Shown here: positions 29,294-39,700 of the stretch, one piece after another | How the letters are laid out: every line of letters begins with the position of its first letter | Position numbering within the stretch: the stretch's first letter is position 1 | From: an uncultured Woeseiaceae bacterium | Lineage (GTDB): Bacteria > Pseudomonadota > Gammaproteobacteria > Steroidobacterales > Woeseiaceae | NCBI GenBank assembly: GCA_964446495.1 | Contig: CAYUOY010000001.1 | Coordinates: forward strand, 17,735 to 81,734 | Length of the DNA stretch: 64,000 bases | Reading direction: 5' to 3' | Position numbers and translations under genes: made by a program | Notes under the pieces: generated by a model | What the model saw: only the letters and a program-made list of their open reading frames with translations | What the model was told of the DNA's origin: nothing | The model's database searches: none

Positions 29294-30916
29294 ATGCCAG
29301 CCGACGATCTGCCTGAAAAAGTCTATTCTCCCCAGGAACCCGAATCCGTCACCTCCGGGCGCGGCTTGCTGAGGTCGACTTCAGTGGTCAGCCTGATGAC
29401 TTTGCTCTCAAGAATCCTCGGGTTGGTGCGGGACATCGTCTTTGCGCGGTTTTTCGGTGCGACGATCGTCATGGACGCGTTCATAGTGGCGAACCGGATT
29501 CCGAACATGCTGCGGCGATTTTTTGCGGAGGGTGCGTTCTCGCAAGGATTCGTACCGGTGATGGCACGTTATCGCGAGAGTCACAGTCACGATGAGGCTC
29601 GAGAATTGGTCGATGCCGTAGCGGGGACACTTGGCCTCATTCTCTTTGTGATCACGGCCATCGGAGTGATTGCCGCTCCGTTGCTGGTTTTGATTGTGGC
29701 ACCCGGATTCACTGGCGATGACGGTCGATTCGAACTGGCCACTTTGATGCTACGTTTCACGTTTCCCTATCTATTTTTTGTTTCACTGACCGCTTTCGCC
29801 GGAGGGATTCTAAATACCTACGGGAAGTTTGCGGTGCCCGCCTTCACGCCGGTGATCCTGAATGCTGTACTGATCTCCTTCGCGGTATGGCTCGGGCCGT
29901 TGCTGGACGAACCTGGGATGGCGCTGGCGTATGGAGTCCTTGTCGCGGGCGTCGTACAACTCCTGTTTCAAGTGCCATTTCTTGCACGCATTCACGCCGT
30001 GCCAAGGCCGCGCTGGAATCCGGCCCACTCGGGTGTGCGGCGTATTGGCAAGCTAGTGTTACCAGCCATCTTTGGTTCATCTGTCGCACAGATCAATGTT
30101 CTGCTCGGCGGAATCATTGCCTCGCTGTTGGGGGTGGGAAAAATCAGCTTATTGTATTTTTCCGACCGGCTCATGGAGTTTCCGCTGGGTCTGTTTGGAA
30201 TCGCTCTTGCGACGGTCACCTTGCCGCATTTATCACGGCAATTCGCCGCAAAGTCTGAGCGGGGTTTCTCGAATACTGTTGATTGGTCGATGAAGTTAGT
30301 GGTTTTGGTGGCTGTGCCGGCTGCATTGGGGCTTATCGTAATGGCCGAGCCACTGGTGACCACGATTTTTTATGGCGGCGAATTCACCAAGCTCGATGTT
30401 CGTATGACCTCGCTGAGTCTGCAGGCTTTTTCCGTCGGCCTCGTTGGCTTCTCCTTCGTCAAAATTCTGGCACCCGCCTATTTCGCTCGCGAGGATACGC
30501 GCACTCCGGTGAAAATCGGCCTGATCGCACTATTGGTCAACTTCATATTAAGCGTAGTCCTGGCCTACGTATTGCAGCGGGCGGGGTATTTCGCCGCACA
30601 CGCAGGTCTCGCACTCGCGATTTCAGTGGCCGCGCTCTTAAACGCCTGGTTGTTGTATCGGGGTCTGCGTCGAGACGGCGTTGTTCATCATTCGCCTGGC
30701 TGGCGCACTATGTTGCTGAAATTCCTGGTGGCCAATATAGGCATGGTGGCTGCATTAGTGCTGCTAATGCGCCCACTTGGATGGTGGATAGAAGCTGGCA
30801 TACTGGACAGAGTCACCTGGGTCTTGTTGGAAACAGTGGTCGGTGCTGCTGTCTATTTTCTGACATTGTTCGCATTGGGTGTCAGAACATCGACGCTGCG
30901 ATTACGCACCGATTGA
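29294..30916 (+). CDS. murJ: lipid II flippase MurJ (MviN)
   Basis: ..LLSRILGLVRDIVFARFFGATIVMDAFIVANRIPNMLRRFFAEGAFSQGFVPV.. and ~14 TM segments. Confidence 0.9.
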   Translation: MPADDLPEKVYSPQEPESVTSGRGLLRSTSVVSLMTLLSRILGLVRDIVFARFFGATIVMDAFIVANRIPNMLRRFFAEGAFSQGFVPVMARYRESHSHDEARELVDAVAGTLGLILFVITAIGVIAAPLLVLIVAPGFTGDDGRFELATLMLRFTFPYLFFVSLTAFAGGILNTYGKFAVPAFTPVILNAVLISFAVWLGPLLDEPGMALAYGVLVAGVVQLLFQVPFLARIHAVPRPRWNPAHSGVRRIGKLVLPAIFGSSVAQINVLLGGIIASLLGVGKISLLYFSDRLMEFPLGLFGIALATVTLPHLSRQFAAKSERGFSNTVDWSMKLVVLVAVPAALGLIVMAEPLVTTIFYGGEFTKLDVRMTSLSLQAFSVGLVGFSFVKILAPAYFAREDTRTPVKIGLIALLVNFILSVVLAYVLQRAGYFAAHAGLALAISVAALLNAWLLYRGLRRDGVVHHSPGWRTMLLKFLVANIGMVAALVLLMRPLGWWIEAGILDRVTWVLLETVVGAAVYFLTLFALGVRTSTLRLRTD

Positions 30917-30930
30917 CCGGGACCGACACG

Positions 30931-31875
30931 ATGTATCTGGCACGGTCGAACCTGGCATTTCCGTTTACGCAAGTCTCCCAGGGCAGCGTGGTCACGATTG
31001 GCGCATTTGACGGCCTTCACCTGGGCCACCAGCGATTGCTGAATCGTGTTTTGGAGGAAGCGACCGCCCGCAAACTTCGGGCCGTCGTTATGAGTTTCGA
31101 GCCCACGCCCAAAGAGTTTTTCGCCGGTAAAAATCGATCCGCAAGATTAACCCGATTCCGCGAAAAGTATCTTCTGTTGAAGAATATGGGTTTTGACGTT
31201 TTCTTTTGTCCGCCATTCAATAGATCAATGAAAAGCATCACCGCCGATGCCTTCATCAGGACGCTGCTTGTACATGCATTGAACATTCGGCATCTGGTGA
31301 TTGGCGATGACTTCCAATTCGCGCGGAACCGCGAGGGAAACGTGGCGTTGTTGCGGCGCGCGGGCAAGGTGCTGAATTTTGGTGTTGAACAGATGGCGAG
31401 TGTCGTAGTGGAAGGGGAAAGGGTCAGCAGTACTGCGATTCGGGATGCATTGGGTCAGGGTGACCTGATACGTGCGCGCCGCTTACTTGGTGACAACTAC
31501 CAAATGGCGGGCAAGGTTATTCGTGATCCTGGCTATGCGGTTGACGAACGCATTGTATTTATCAGCACGCAGCGCCGACTTAGCCCGGTTGAGGGCATTT
31601 TTGCTGTTAAAGTGCACGGTATCGGCGAGAATGCACTGGGAGCTTCGGCTTGCATCGGCATGAATACTTCAATGGCGGCTCGCACGCCGTTTTTCACACT
31701 AGGTGGTATTGACGTCGAGCGGCTTTCGGACAGAGTTCATGTCAACATAGAATTCATGGCACGAATTAGAGGTCCGGAAGCGTGCAGAAGTATTGCAGAG
31801 GGCATTGCACAACTGCATGAATGCGAAAGCGAGGTTCAGCGTGTCCTGGCCGAGCGTGAACAGGACAGTTCTTGA
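30931..31875 (+). CDS. ribF: bifunctional-type riboflavin kinase/FAD synthetase; FMN adenylyltransferase domain intact, kinase domain motif-poor
   Basis: ATG 30931. VVTIGAFDGLHLGHQRLL and VSSTAIRDAL match the FMNAT domain of E. coli RibF. The C-terminal 130 aa keep the RibF scaffold (RRLSPVEGIFAVKVHGIGE..) but not the kinase motifs (see findings). The 530-aa track ORF is a 5' read-through over murJ. Confidence 0.85.
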   Translation: MYLARSNLAFPFTQVSQGSVVTIGAFDGLHLGHQRLLNRVLEEATARKLRAVVMSFEPTPKEFFAGKNRSARLTRFREKYLLLKNMGFDVFFCPPFNRSMKSITADAFIRTLLVHALNIRHLVIGDDFQFARNREGNVALLRRAGKVLNFGVEQMASVVVEGERVSSTAIRDALGQGDLIRARRLLGDNYQMAGKVIRDPGYAVDERIVFISTQRRLSPVEGIFAVKVHGIGENALGASACIGMNTSMAARTPFFTLGGIDVERLSDRVHVNIEFMARIRGPEACRSIAEGIAQLHECESEVQRVLAEREQDSS

Positions 31876-32402
31876 GGGGCGATGGTTTGAGTGACACCGT
31901 GAGCGAGAAAACGAGTCGCCGGATGCGGTTTGCATTGTGGGTGCTGTTGTCGGCAACGATTGCCGGACTAGATCAGTTGACTAAAATTGCCATTGTGAAA
32001 TGGGTGCCGCTTTACGACAAGATTCCGTTGGCATCTTTTGTCAATATTACGCATCAGCGAAATACCGGGGCGGCTTTCAGTTTCCTGGCCGATGCCGGCG
32101 GCTGGCAACGATGGTTTTTCTCGGTGCTGGCCGGAGTCGTCAGCGCTGTGATCTTCGTTTGGCTTTATCAGTTGCGACAGCAGAAGCAGATGGTTCTTGC
32201 CTCCGGACTGATTCTGATTCTCGGCGGCGCGGTAGGTAATCTGATCGATCGTATTCGATTGGGTTACGTGGTCGATTTCTTTCAGGTCTTGATCGCCGGG
32301 TGGCCATTTCCGTCTTTCAACGTGGCTGACGCCGCAATCACCGTTGGCGCCGGACTGATCATATTCGACTCGTTGTTTCTTTCCGGTAAAAAAGCCGTCT
32401 GA
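31872..32402 (+). CDS. lspA: lipoprotein signal peptidase (signal peptidase II)
   Basis: ..GLDQLTKIAIV..NITHQRNTGAAFSFLADAGGWQRWFF..LGGAVGNLIDR..VVDF..FPSFNVADAAITVGA.. is collinear with E. coli LspA. The TTG track start overlaps the ribF stop (TTGA). In-frame GTG 31899 and ATG 31923 are alternatives. Confidence 0.9.
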   Translation: MRGDGLSDTVSEKTSRRMRFALWVLLSATIAGLDQLTKIAIVKWVPLYDKIPLASFVNITHQRNTGAAFSFLADAGGWQRWFFSVLAGVVSAVIFVWLYQLRQQKQMVLASGLILILGGAVGNLIDRIRLGYVVDFFQVLIAGWPFPSFNVADAAITVGAGLIIFDSLFLSGKKAV

Positions 32403-32470
32403 TCAGCTTAGATGCTGGATTGGCGGTCGCGCTTGTTCCAGCGGATTCCGCACCGAAAAACGTCCTGGTA

Positions 32471-32884
32471 CTACCGAGTTCGCGTCCAGCAATCCGCTAG
32501 TGGGGCCGATCCCTTCACCCCGGCGGCGGTAATCGTTAGAGACGCACATTTACCGGCTTCGTCACCGCCCAACAGGAAAGTTGCGGTCGCGGTATAGGTG
32601 TTTGCATTCGCGGGCGCAACAGAGATGCGGTAGGAACCGGTTTCGGTATCGAACGGACTTGCCTGGAAGCCAAGATCAGTCAGGTCGGTCGTGTAGCTGT
32701 TGTTGTTCAGGTAAAACCGCTCCTGATTGGTTGCCACCCGCAGCAAAGCCGCTCTCGCTTCGTTGCGTTTGGCGCGAGCCGCGAAATCACGATAGTTCGG
32801 GTAACCGACGGCGGCCAAAATACCAATGATGACAACAACAATCATCAACTCCATCAAGGTGATGCCGCTCATATATTTACGCAT
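32471..32884 (-). CDS. pilE: type IV pilin-like minor pilin PilE
   Basis: Prepilin N-terminus MRKYMSG/ITLMELMIVVVIIGILAAVGYPNY (Glu at +5). C-terminal Cys pair (..GKCASLTITAAGVKGSAPLADCW..). ATG 32884 is preceded by GGAG. Confidence 0.85.
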   Translation of the reverse strand: MRKYMSGITLMELMIVVVIIGILAAVGYPNYRDFAARAKRNEARAALLRVATNQERFYLNNNSYTTDLTDLGFQASPFDTETGSYRISVAPANANTYTATATFLLGGDEAGKCASLTITAAGVKGSAPLADCWTRTR

Positions 32885-32908
32885 TTTCGATCTCCGTCCA
32901 GGTAACAC

Positions 32909-35900
32909 CTAGTTGGTGCCGTCCTGGGTCCAAAGGGTTCTGACCGGATTGTTCGCATAACCCGGATTGAAACATTCTACACCGACACAGCCGATTGGCG
33001 GTGGTGCACATTCCTCGCCCTGACAATTCGGGTCTGTCGGACTCGGGAACAGGAACGACGGTCGCGGTGCAATGCCACCTTGCGCCAATTCTGTTACCCG
33101 TTCCTCATTTACCTGAACCGGATTATCCGGGTCAATCGTTTCCGACGGGTTAAACGGGTCGCCGGTTGCCGCATCCACGCGATACAAACGATTCAGGCTC
33201 AGACCAGCCTGGCACGGATCGGTAGATGCGATCATGGGTTCAAATGAGACAAAGAAAATCGAATCGTTAAAAGTCGTCGAATCGGATAGAATTTTTTCCC
33301 CGGGCGGCAGTGTCAGGCGCCAGCCACGATCATTGATGCCAACAACACTGTTAAGCACGCCGCTAACCTCAACCATATCGTTATTACCAGCAATTGGGTA
33401 ACTGTCATACTGAACCTGTGTCAGGCTGTGGAAGACATCGGTATCGCGCAAGGAGTAAAAACGATCGCCGGCACTCTTGTCCAGCGGATGAGCACGATAA
33501 CCACTGCCGATGCTGATAGCCAGATAACGGCTTTGACGATTCCTGTCACGTACCAGTGATACGTCCGGTGTAGTATAAAATCGGCGCGTTTGAGCAGGTG
33601 TTGGGCTTGATTGTCCTTCTGCGCCGAATTGTGCGATAACGCCGCCTCTAACTAATGTGTTGGGCGAGTTGCCGCTTAGAATATCAAAGCGCCACACCTG
33701 TCCACCAAGGTCCGCAGCGTACATTCTGTCGGCAAATCCATCTCCGCTGAGGTCCAGAACGCGAACTCTTGCAGGTATCGAGCGAGTCATGCTGGACAGG
33801 GTCAAATTGGCTCCGTTATCGGGACCTGCGCTCCAAACCTTGGCACCGGTCTCGATATCGAGCATGACTATGCCCGTTCCCTCGGCGTCGGCCGTTTGTG
33901 GGTGTGCCGCCTGATCGTGCACCGTGTCATAGCCCGCACCTAGTATTAGTACTGCATTGTCGACACTGGTTTGATAGGGGCTGTTTACCTTGACGCGTGC
34001 TGCAACCGGAGATGACCAGGTTTGTCCGAATTCCGGGTAGCTCTGGAGCCACTTGAATTTCGGCGCATTCTTGTCTGTTACGTCCAGTGCATAGTAGTTG
34101 TTGCCGCCGCGTCGCATGCCAAAAAACAGATAGACGAAGTCAGTCCCGACATCGATAACACCGTTGTTGTTTCTGTCGGCGACGACCGGCACGATATCCC
34201 CGTCGATTCCGTAGTGCTTGAAATTAATGTTTTCATTGAAATAGAGATCGGCCAGATCAGGCAACAATTCACGCGGAATGAAGGACCAGAGTTCGAGCCC
34301 ACTTTTGGCATCGATCGCGTGCAAGTATCCATCGTTGGTGGCGGTGAAGACGACAATGTCAGGGTCTCCATTCGCATCAGTGCCGTAGACGATTGACGCA
34401 GGCTGCGAATGCAGCGTATCCCCCATGATCTGTCGGGTGGTGGTCAAGGGATCGTTATCCTCGTCTTTCACGTCCGCACCGCGCGCCCATTCAATTAGTG
34501 TTGGCAAATCCGGCTCGCCCGGAGCACCCGACAAGCCCAAATCGGCCGGTGTGAATGCGGCAATATTTGCAGCAGATACACTATTGGAGCTGTCGGTGAG
34601 ACTGGTGGCACCATTGTTCGTGTAGAGTTTTCGCGAATCTGCGCTGGGCAGCAGATTGGCGGCTCCACCGACGTTTACATCAGGTCCATCCATATCACCG
34701 GCCACGTTCCAGAAATTGCTTGCCGAGTCGGCAAAGAAACCGGTATTCGGGTCGACGGCGGGGTTCGAATATTGATCGACGATCTCAGCATTGACGATGG
34801 TGTATTTCTTGATATTGCCTGGCCAATGTTGCTTGCTGGTCGCGCGAAATACAGAAACGTACAAATCATTCAGGTGCTGTGTACGGTTGAACGCATTCAC
34901 GGCAATCGAGGGTGCGGTGAAGGAAATATCGCGATCGAAAATGTTAGTGACAATATCAGTCAGCGCTTTCGTCAATGAAGTGACGTCTTCAGCCAGGTAG
35001 TACTTACCCCCGGAATTCTCGGCAGTTGCCTTCAATAGAGGTAAATCGACCGTGAAGCCAATCGTGTAGGTGGTGACATTCTGGTTTCCGGGAACATTTG
35101 CGTTGATGTCTGTCTTCGACAGGTACTCGGAAATATCGTCAAGACAGGCACCATTCACGTTGCCGCCGGTACAACTGCTGCGACCCATTGTTGCCGTAAA
35201 ATTGGGCAGACTGCTCACCCTGCCGTAAGCGCCGGTATCCTGGGTTGGCTGTCCGTCTGTCAGCAGGACCGTAAAGTTCTTGGCGCAGGCGTATTCTGCC
35301 GGTTGTTTGTACATGCCGTTGTTGCCGACAACCAGCGCATCCGGATCGGTCGAGGACAACGCACCGTATTGCCTGCTAACGCCGTTCCAATACCGTGCCG
35401 CTTCGTACATGGTTTCTGACAGCGGCGTCCAGCCGCTTGCCGGTAGTGAATCGACCACTGAGTTCGCTTCGCTTCTGTTGGTATCGAGGTCCTTCAAGGC
35501 CATCATGACCGGACCGCCTTCGTTGTTGTGAAAACGCATGAAGCCGATGTTCACATTGTTTATACCGCCCAGGACATTCTTGGTTACCGCTTTGACGATA
35601 TCCGTGCGCCGCATGCTGCTTCCAGGGGGATTGTAAAACCAGTTCAGGTAATTCGAATCGTAAACCGTGACGATTTGATGCGTTGGCGAGGAGCCCCAAT
35701 CGACTTCGGCGCTCGAAACTGATGTGAAGAGACTGCCGGTATTTGAGCCGATTTTGGCGTAAACCTGGCCAGCCGTGCCATCACCGTGAACGCCGGAATC
35801 GGCGGCGCACTCGACATAACTTTGCGTTTTACTTCTCGAAATCGTCTGCCATTTCCATTTGCCGCGGCGTTTGCGGTACTGTGCCATGGTGTCGGTGTAT

Positions 35901-36259
35901 GAACCGGCATCGCTTATCTGGGTAACACCCTGATCGCAAACGAAATAGGATTTTTCAAATCGCCTTAATTTGCTGCCGGTACAACTGGGCAAGTTTGAGT
36001 TTTTTGACCAGTAGTAATAGCCATTGTCGCAGGCACCGGAATAAGTCTTGTTTTTGTCAAAAGGTTCCTGACTAACTTCGACAGACGTCATACTGCCCGA
36101 ACTGTCCAGAATGAACAGGACGTTCGGTTTTGCAGCTACACTGGCACCGGGTACTGACAAAAGCAGCTCGACATCCTCCGCCCAGGCGGGTGCGCCGGCC
36201 AAAAATGCGATTGTCAGTCCAACACCAGCCCAAGCGGTGTGTAATCTGGACTTTCTCAC
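32909..36259 (-). CDS. pilY1: PilY1-family pilus tip adhesin/biogenesis protein, copy B (vWA domain + PilC/PilY1 beta-propeller)
   Basis: GTG start after AAGGA. Signal peptide ..AGAPAWA/ED. vWA MIDAS motifs NVLFILDSSGSMT and FTVLLTDGQPTQD. C-terminal propeller with ..FFGMRRGGNNYYALDVT.. and EF-hand-like DLSGDGFAD followed by ..LGGQVWRFD. Confidence 0.9.
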   Translation of the reverse strand: MRKSRLHTAWAGVGLTIAFLAGAPAWAEDVELLLSVPGASVAAKPNVLFILDSSGSMTSVEVSQEPFDKNKTYSGACDNGYYYWSKNSNLPSCTGSKLRRFEKSYFVCDQGVTQISDAGSYTDTMAQYRKRRGKWKWQTISRSKTQSYVECAADSGVHGDGTAGQVYAKIGSNTGSLFTSVSSAEVDWGSSPTHQIVTVYDSNYLNWFYNPPGSSMRRTDIVKAVTKNVLGGINNVNIGFMRFHNNEGGPVMMALKDLDTNRSEANSVVDSLPASGWTPLSETMYEAARYWNGVSRQYGALSSTDPDALVVGNNGMYKQPAEYACAKNFTVLLTDGQPTQDTGAYGRVSSLPNFTATMGRSSCTGGNVNGACLDDISEYLSKTDINANVPGNQNVTTYTIGFTVDLPLLKATAENSGGKYYLAEDVTSLTKALTDIVTNIFDRDISFTAPSIAVNAFNRTQHLNDLYVSVFRATSKQHWPGNIKKYTIVNAEIVDQYSNPAVDPNTGFFADSASNFWNVAGDMDGPDVNVGGAANLLPSADSRKLYTNNGATSLTDSSNSVSAANIAAFTPADLGLSGAPGEPDLPTLIEWARGADVKDEDNDPLTTTRQIMGDTLHSQPASIVYGTDANGDPDIVVFTATNDGYLHAIDAKSGLELWSFIPRELLPDLADLYFNENINFKHYGIDGDIVPVVADRNNNGVIDVGTDFVYLFFGMRRGGNNYYALDVTDKNAPKFKWLQSYPEFGQTWSSPVAARVKVNSPYQTSVDNAVLILGAGYDTVHDQAAHPQTADAEGTGIVMLDIETGAKVWSAGPDNGANLTLSSMTRSIPARVRVLDLSGDGFADRMYAADLGGQVWRFDILSGNSPNTLVRGGVIAQFGAEGQSSPTPAQTRRFYTTPDVSLVRDRNRQSRYLAISIGSGYRAHPLDKSAGDRFYSLRDTDVFHSLTQVQYDSYPIAGNNDMVEVSGVLNSVVGINDRGWRLTLPPGEKILSDSTTFNDSIFFVSFEPMIASTDPCQAGLSLNRLYRVDAATGDPFNPSETIDPDNPVQVNEERVTELAQGGIAPRPSFLFPSPTDPNCQGEECAPPPIGCVGVECFNPGYANNPVRTLWTQDGTN

Positions 36260-36300
36260 GTTTCCTTACCTCAAGTTAGATCAATCCGTGACCCTATCGC

Positions 36301-36639
36301 TCAATTAGCTACTTCTATGCTGCGTACGGTATTGGTCTCTGTATCAATGAGAATCAGTGCATAGCCATCGCGACTATGCCGGCCATTGTTGAAACCTTGC
36401 CTGAAATCGGCAAGCTTCATAGCCGTGCCATTCAGGGAATAGACTGTCGTCGGCGTCAGACGAGCTGTCACGTATTCACAATCCTCACAGGATTTGAATG
36501 AAAGCCGGCTATTGACACTTGTTGGTACATTGAGGAATGAAGGATCTGTTTCGATCGCATCAACCAGTGTACGAATCTCGGCGTGTGCCAATGTGCCTGC
36601 ACATAAAAAGGCAATAACCGCGCACCTTAAAAGTCTCAT
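36301..36639 (-). CDS. small exported CxxC protein encoded immediately upstream of pilY1 copy B (uncharacterised)
   Basis: ATG 36639. Signal peptide MRLLRCAVIAFLCAGTLAHA/EIR. Mature ~92 aa with SRLSFKSCEDCEY. Homologous to the ORF at 40126-40467. Confidence 0.65.
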   Translation of the reverse strand: MRLLRCAVIAFLCAGTLAHAEIRTLVDAIETDPSFLNVPTSVNSRLSFKSCEDCEYVTARLTPTTVYSLNGTAMKLADFRQGFNNGRHSRDGYALILIDTETNTVRSIEVAN

Positions 36640-36742
36640 TGTCACTGTTCCACCATTTCCCTGTTGCAAAAATCCAAATTCCATTTGGCGTAGTTCTGCG
36701 ACTCACATCATCGGTTATTGCCGGCTTCCTGGCGAGGAACTG

Positions 36743-39700
36743 CTACTCAATTCCATCCTGTGTCCACAAAGTTCGGACCGGATTATTGGCAAATCCTGGT
36801 TCATTACACTCGACACCAATACACAGGATTGGCGGTGGTGAGCATGCGGCACCGGTACAATTTGATTCCGGACTGGGGAAAAGAATGGTCGGCGATGGCG
36901 CGATACCACCTTGTGCCAGTGTCGTGCGGCGAGCGATGTCTTCGTCACCCGGAGCGATTGAGTCAAGGTTGTTGACGACAGGATCCCCGTTGACCACTTT
37001 GACGCGATAGAGGAAGTTCGTCCCGCGTCCCGCGGAACAGCTTGCAGCAGCCAGCGTATCCGGTGTGAAGGAGACAAAGAAAACTTCATCGTCAAACGTA
37101 ACCGAATCAGCCAGAACTTTCTGATTTCCCGGGAGGGTGAATTTCCAGCCAGCCATACCTGAGCCCACGACGACTTCTGTTTGTCCACTGATTTCAACCA
37201 GGTCGGAATCAGTAATAACAGTGTAGCTATCGTATTCACTCTGATTGAGCTGGTTGAACACGTTGGGATCTCTTATCGAGAAAAATCGATCGGAAGCAGT
37301 GAGGTCGAACGGACGTGCCCGATAGCCTGAACCGATGCTGATCGAAATGTAACGCCGCCCCTGTTGCGGATCAGAGAATATTGAAAGATCAGGAGCGCTG
37401 TAAAATCGACGGGTGTCGGCCGCGCCCGGCGCTCCGAGTCCTTCGGCACCTACTTGTGCAATGACACCACCGTTTACAAGGTTGGCAGGAGTGGCACCTT
37501 TAACGATATCAAAGCGCCAAATCTGACCGCCCAGATCCGAGGTGTACATGCGATCGGCGAAATTATCACCATTCATATCGGCCACGCGAATCTGATTTGG
37601 CATCGCCCTCGTCATAGCGGTGAATTGCTTGGTTGTGCCACTGGAACTAGCGCCTCCATTCCACAGCGTTGCGCCGGATTCGAGGTCCAGAATGTGAATG
37701 CCGGCACCGACCGCGTCGGCGGTTACCGGGTGACCCGAGGTGTCATGAACGGTGTCATAACCGCCACCAATTACTACGACTGCTTTGTCGCTGTTGAGGC
37801 CGGAATCATTGATATCCATGCGAGCGACAACCGGTGTTGACCAGCTTTCACCCGCGTTGGCAAGTGTACGTGTCCAGAGAAGATCCGGTGAATTCTTGTC
37901 GGTGACGTCCAGGGCGTAATACGTTGTGCCACCGCGGCGCATGCCGAACAATATACGGACGAAGTCCCCATCGCTGGATTCAATTACGCCATCTTTGTCC
38001 ACGTCCTTAACGATAGGAACAATGTTGCCATCCAGTCCGTATTGCTTGAATTTGGCACTCGGGTCGAAAAAGAGTCGCGTCATATTGCTCAGTAACTGTT
38101 TTGGCACAAATGACCACAACTCCACGCCGGTCGTACCGTTGATGGCATGCAAATATCCGTCATTGGTCGCTGTGTAGACGACAACATCCGGATTAGCAGC
38201 GGTGCCACCGTAAACCACGGCGGCAGGTTGGGAATGCAACGGATCGCCCATGGCAAACCGTTGAGTGGTCGCCGGATTTCCGTCCTCGTCGCGCACATCT
38301 TCGCCACGCATCCAGCGGATGATGTCGCTTTTGCTGGGTTCACCGGTTGCGCCAGTCAAACCGAAATCGGCGTCCGTAAACGCCATCGCGTTACCGGTCG
38401 TAATTGCGTTGGTGCCGCCAGCCAGATTAACGCTGACGCCATTGTTGGTGAACAAATTACGGCTTGAAAAGTTGGGTAGAACGTTGGCAGCACCACCCAG
38501 ACGTACATCCGATCCGTCATTGGCCCCAGCCGTCCAGATGCTGCGGGCGGAGTCGAAAAAGAAACCCGTGAGGGGGTCAACGGCCGGCAGGTCGTTGTCA
38601 TCTACAATAACCCCGTCGGAAATTCCGTATTTTTTCAGGTTTCCTGGCCAGTGAGCTTTGCCTCTGGCACCGAACATAGTCAGGTACAAGTCATTCAGGT
38701 TTCGCGTACGATTAAATGTGTTCACCGAAACTGCTGGTGCGGAAAATGACAGGGAACGATCGTTGATTTCACCGACGATGCGCAATAGCGCAATAGTCAG
38801 GCTCTCAACATCATCTGCGAGAAAGTAGCTCCCGCCGGATGCGATTGCAGTATTTCTAAGGATATCCAGATCGACCGAAAAACCGATCGTATGAGTGACT
38901 ACCGTTTGATTGCCATCCAGTGCGGTATTGGTATCCACTTTGCCGAGATATTCTGCGATATCGTCCAGGCATTGCCCCTGGCCTGAGCCATTACAAGAGC
39001 TCCGGCCGAGAACTGACGTAAAATTGGGCAGGGTCGGCGCACGCACGGGCCCATCGTCGTCCTGGGTGGGTGCTCCATCTGTCAGAAGGACGTTGAAGTT
39101 CTTGGCACAGGAATCGAGTGTCGGGCTCTGATATACCTCGGGTCCGGTTGAAAAGAGAGCGCCCGGATCGGTTGTGTATTCACTAACTTGTTCGCCGTAC
39201 CACGCCGGCGCGCCTGTCCAATAAAGCGCATTTTCGTACAGGGTCTCTGACAGTGGCGTCCAGCCATTGGCGTCGAGTCCGTCAATCGTGTCCAGAATGA
39301 CCTGGCGATTCGTGTCCAGGTCGGTTAGCCCAAGGAGGACCGGGCCACCCTGAGTCTGGTTGAATCGCATGACGCCGACATTCAGGTTGTTGATCGAATC
39401 AAGTACCTTCGTCGTCACGATTTTCATGATTTGCGTACGACTGAGTGAGATAGTGTTAGGCGAGCTCTTCCAGTTCAAATAATTGCCGTCGAAGACGGTA
39501 TACGAAAGGTTTCTCGGCGCGCTACCCCAGGATAATTCCTGAGTAGAGTCGCTGGTCCAGGGAGTCGCACCGGATGCGCTCGCCGCATAGACTTCTCCGG
39601 GTGTGCCATCGCCATGAGTTCCTCGGTCAGCCCTGCACTCTACAGAGTTGGAATTGTCACCGGGCTCCAGATACTGCCAAGAGGTTGCCCCGGTTCCGGC

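Noticed and set aside
30283-31875. A 530-aa ORF that would start inside murJ and include ribF
   Set aside because: The first ~215 codons are an arginine/glycine-rich out-of-frame read-through of the murJ coding region with no protein-like features. RibF homology begins exactly at ATG 30931, 14 nt after the murJ stop.
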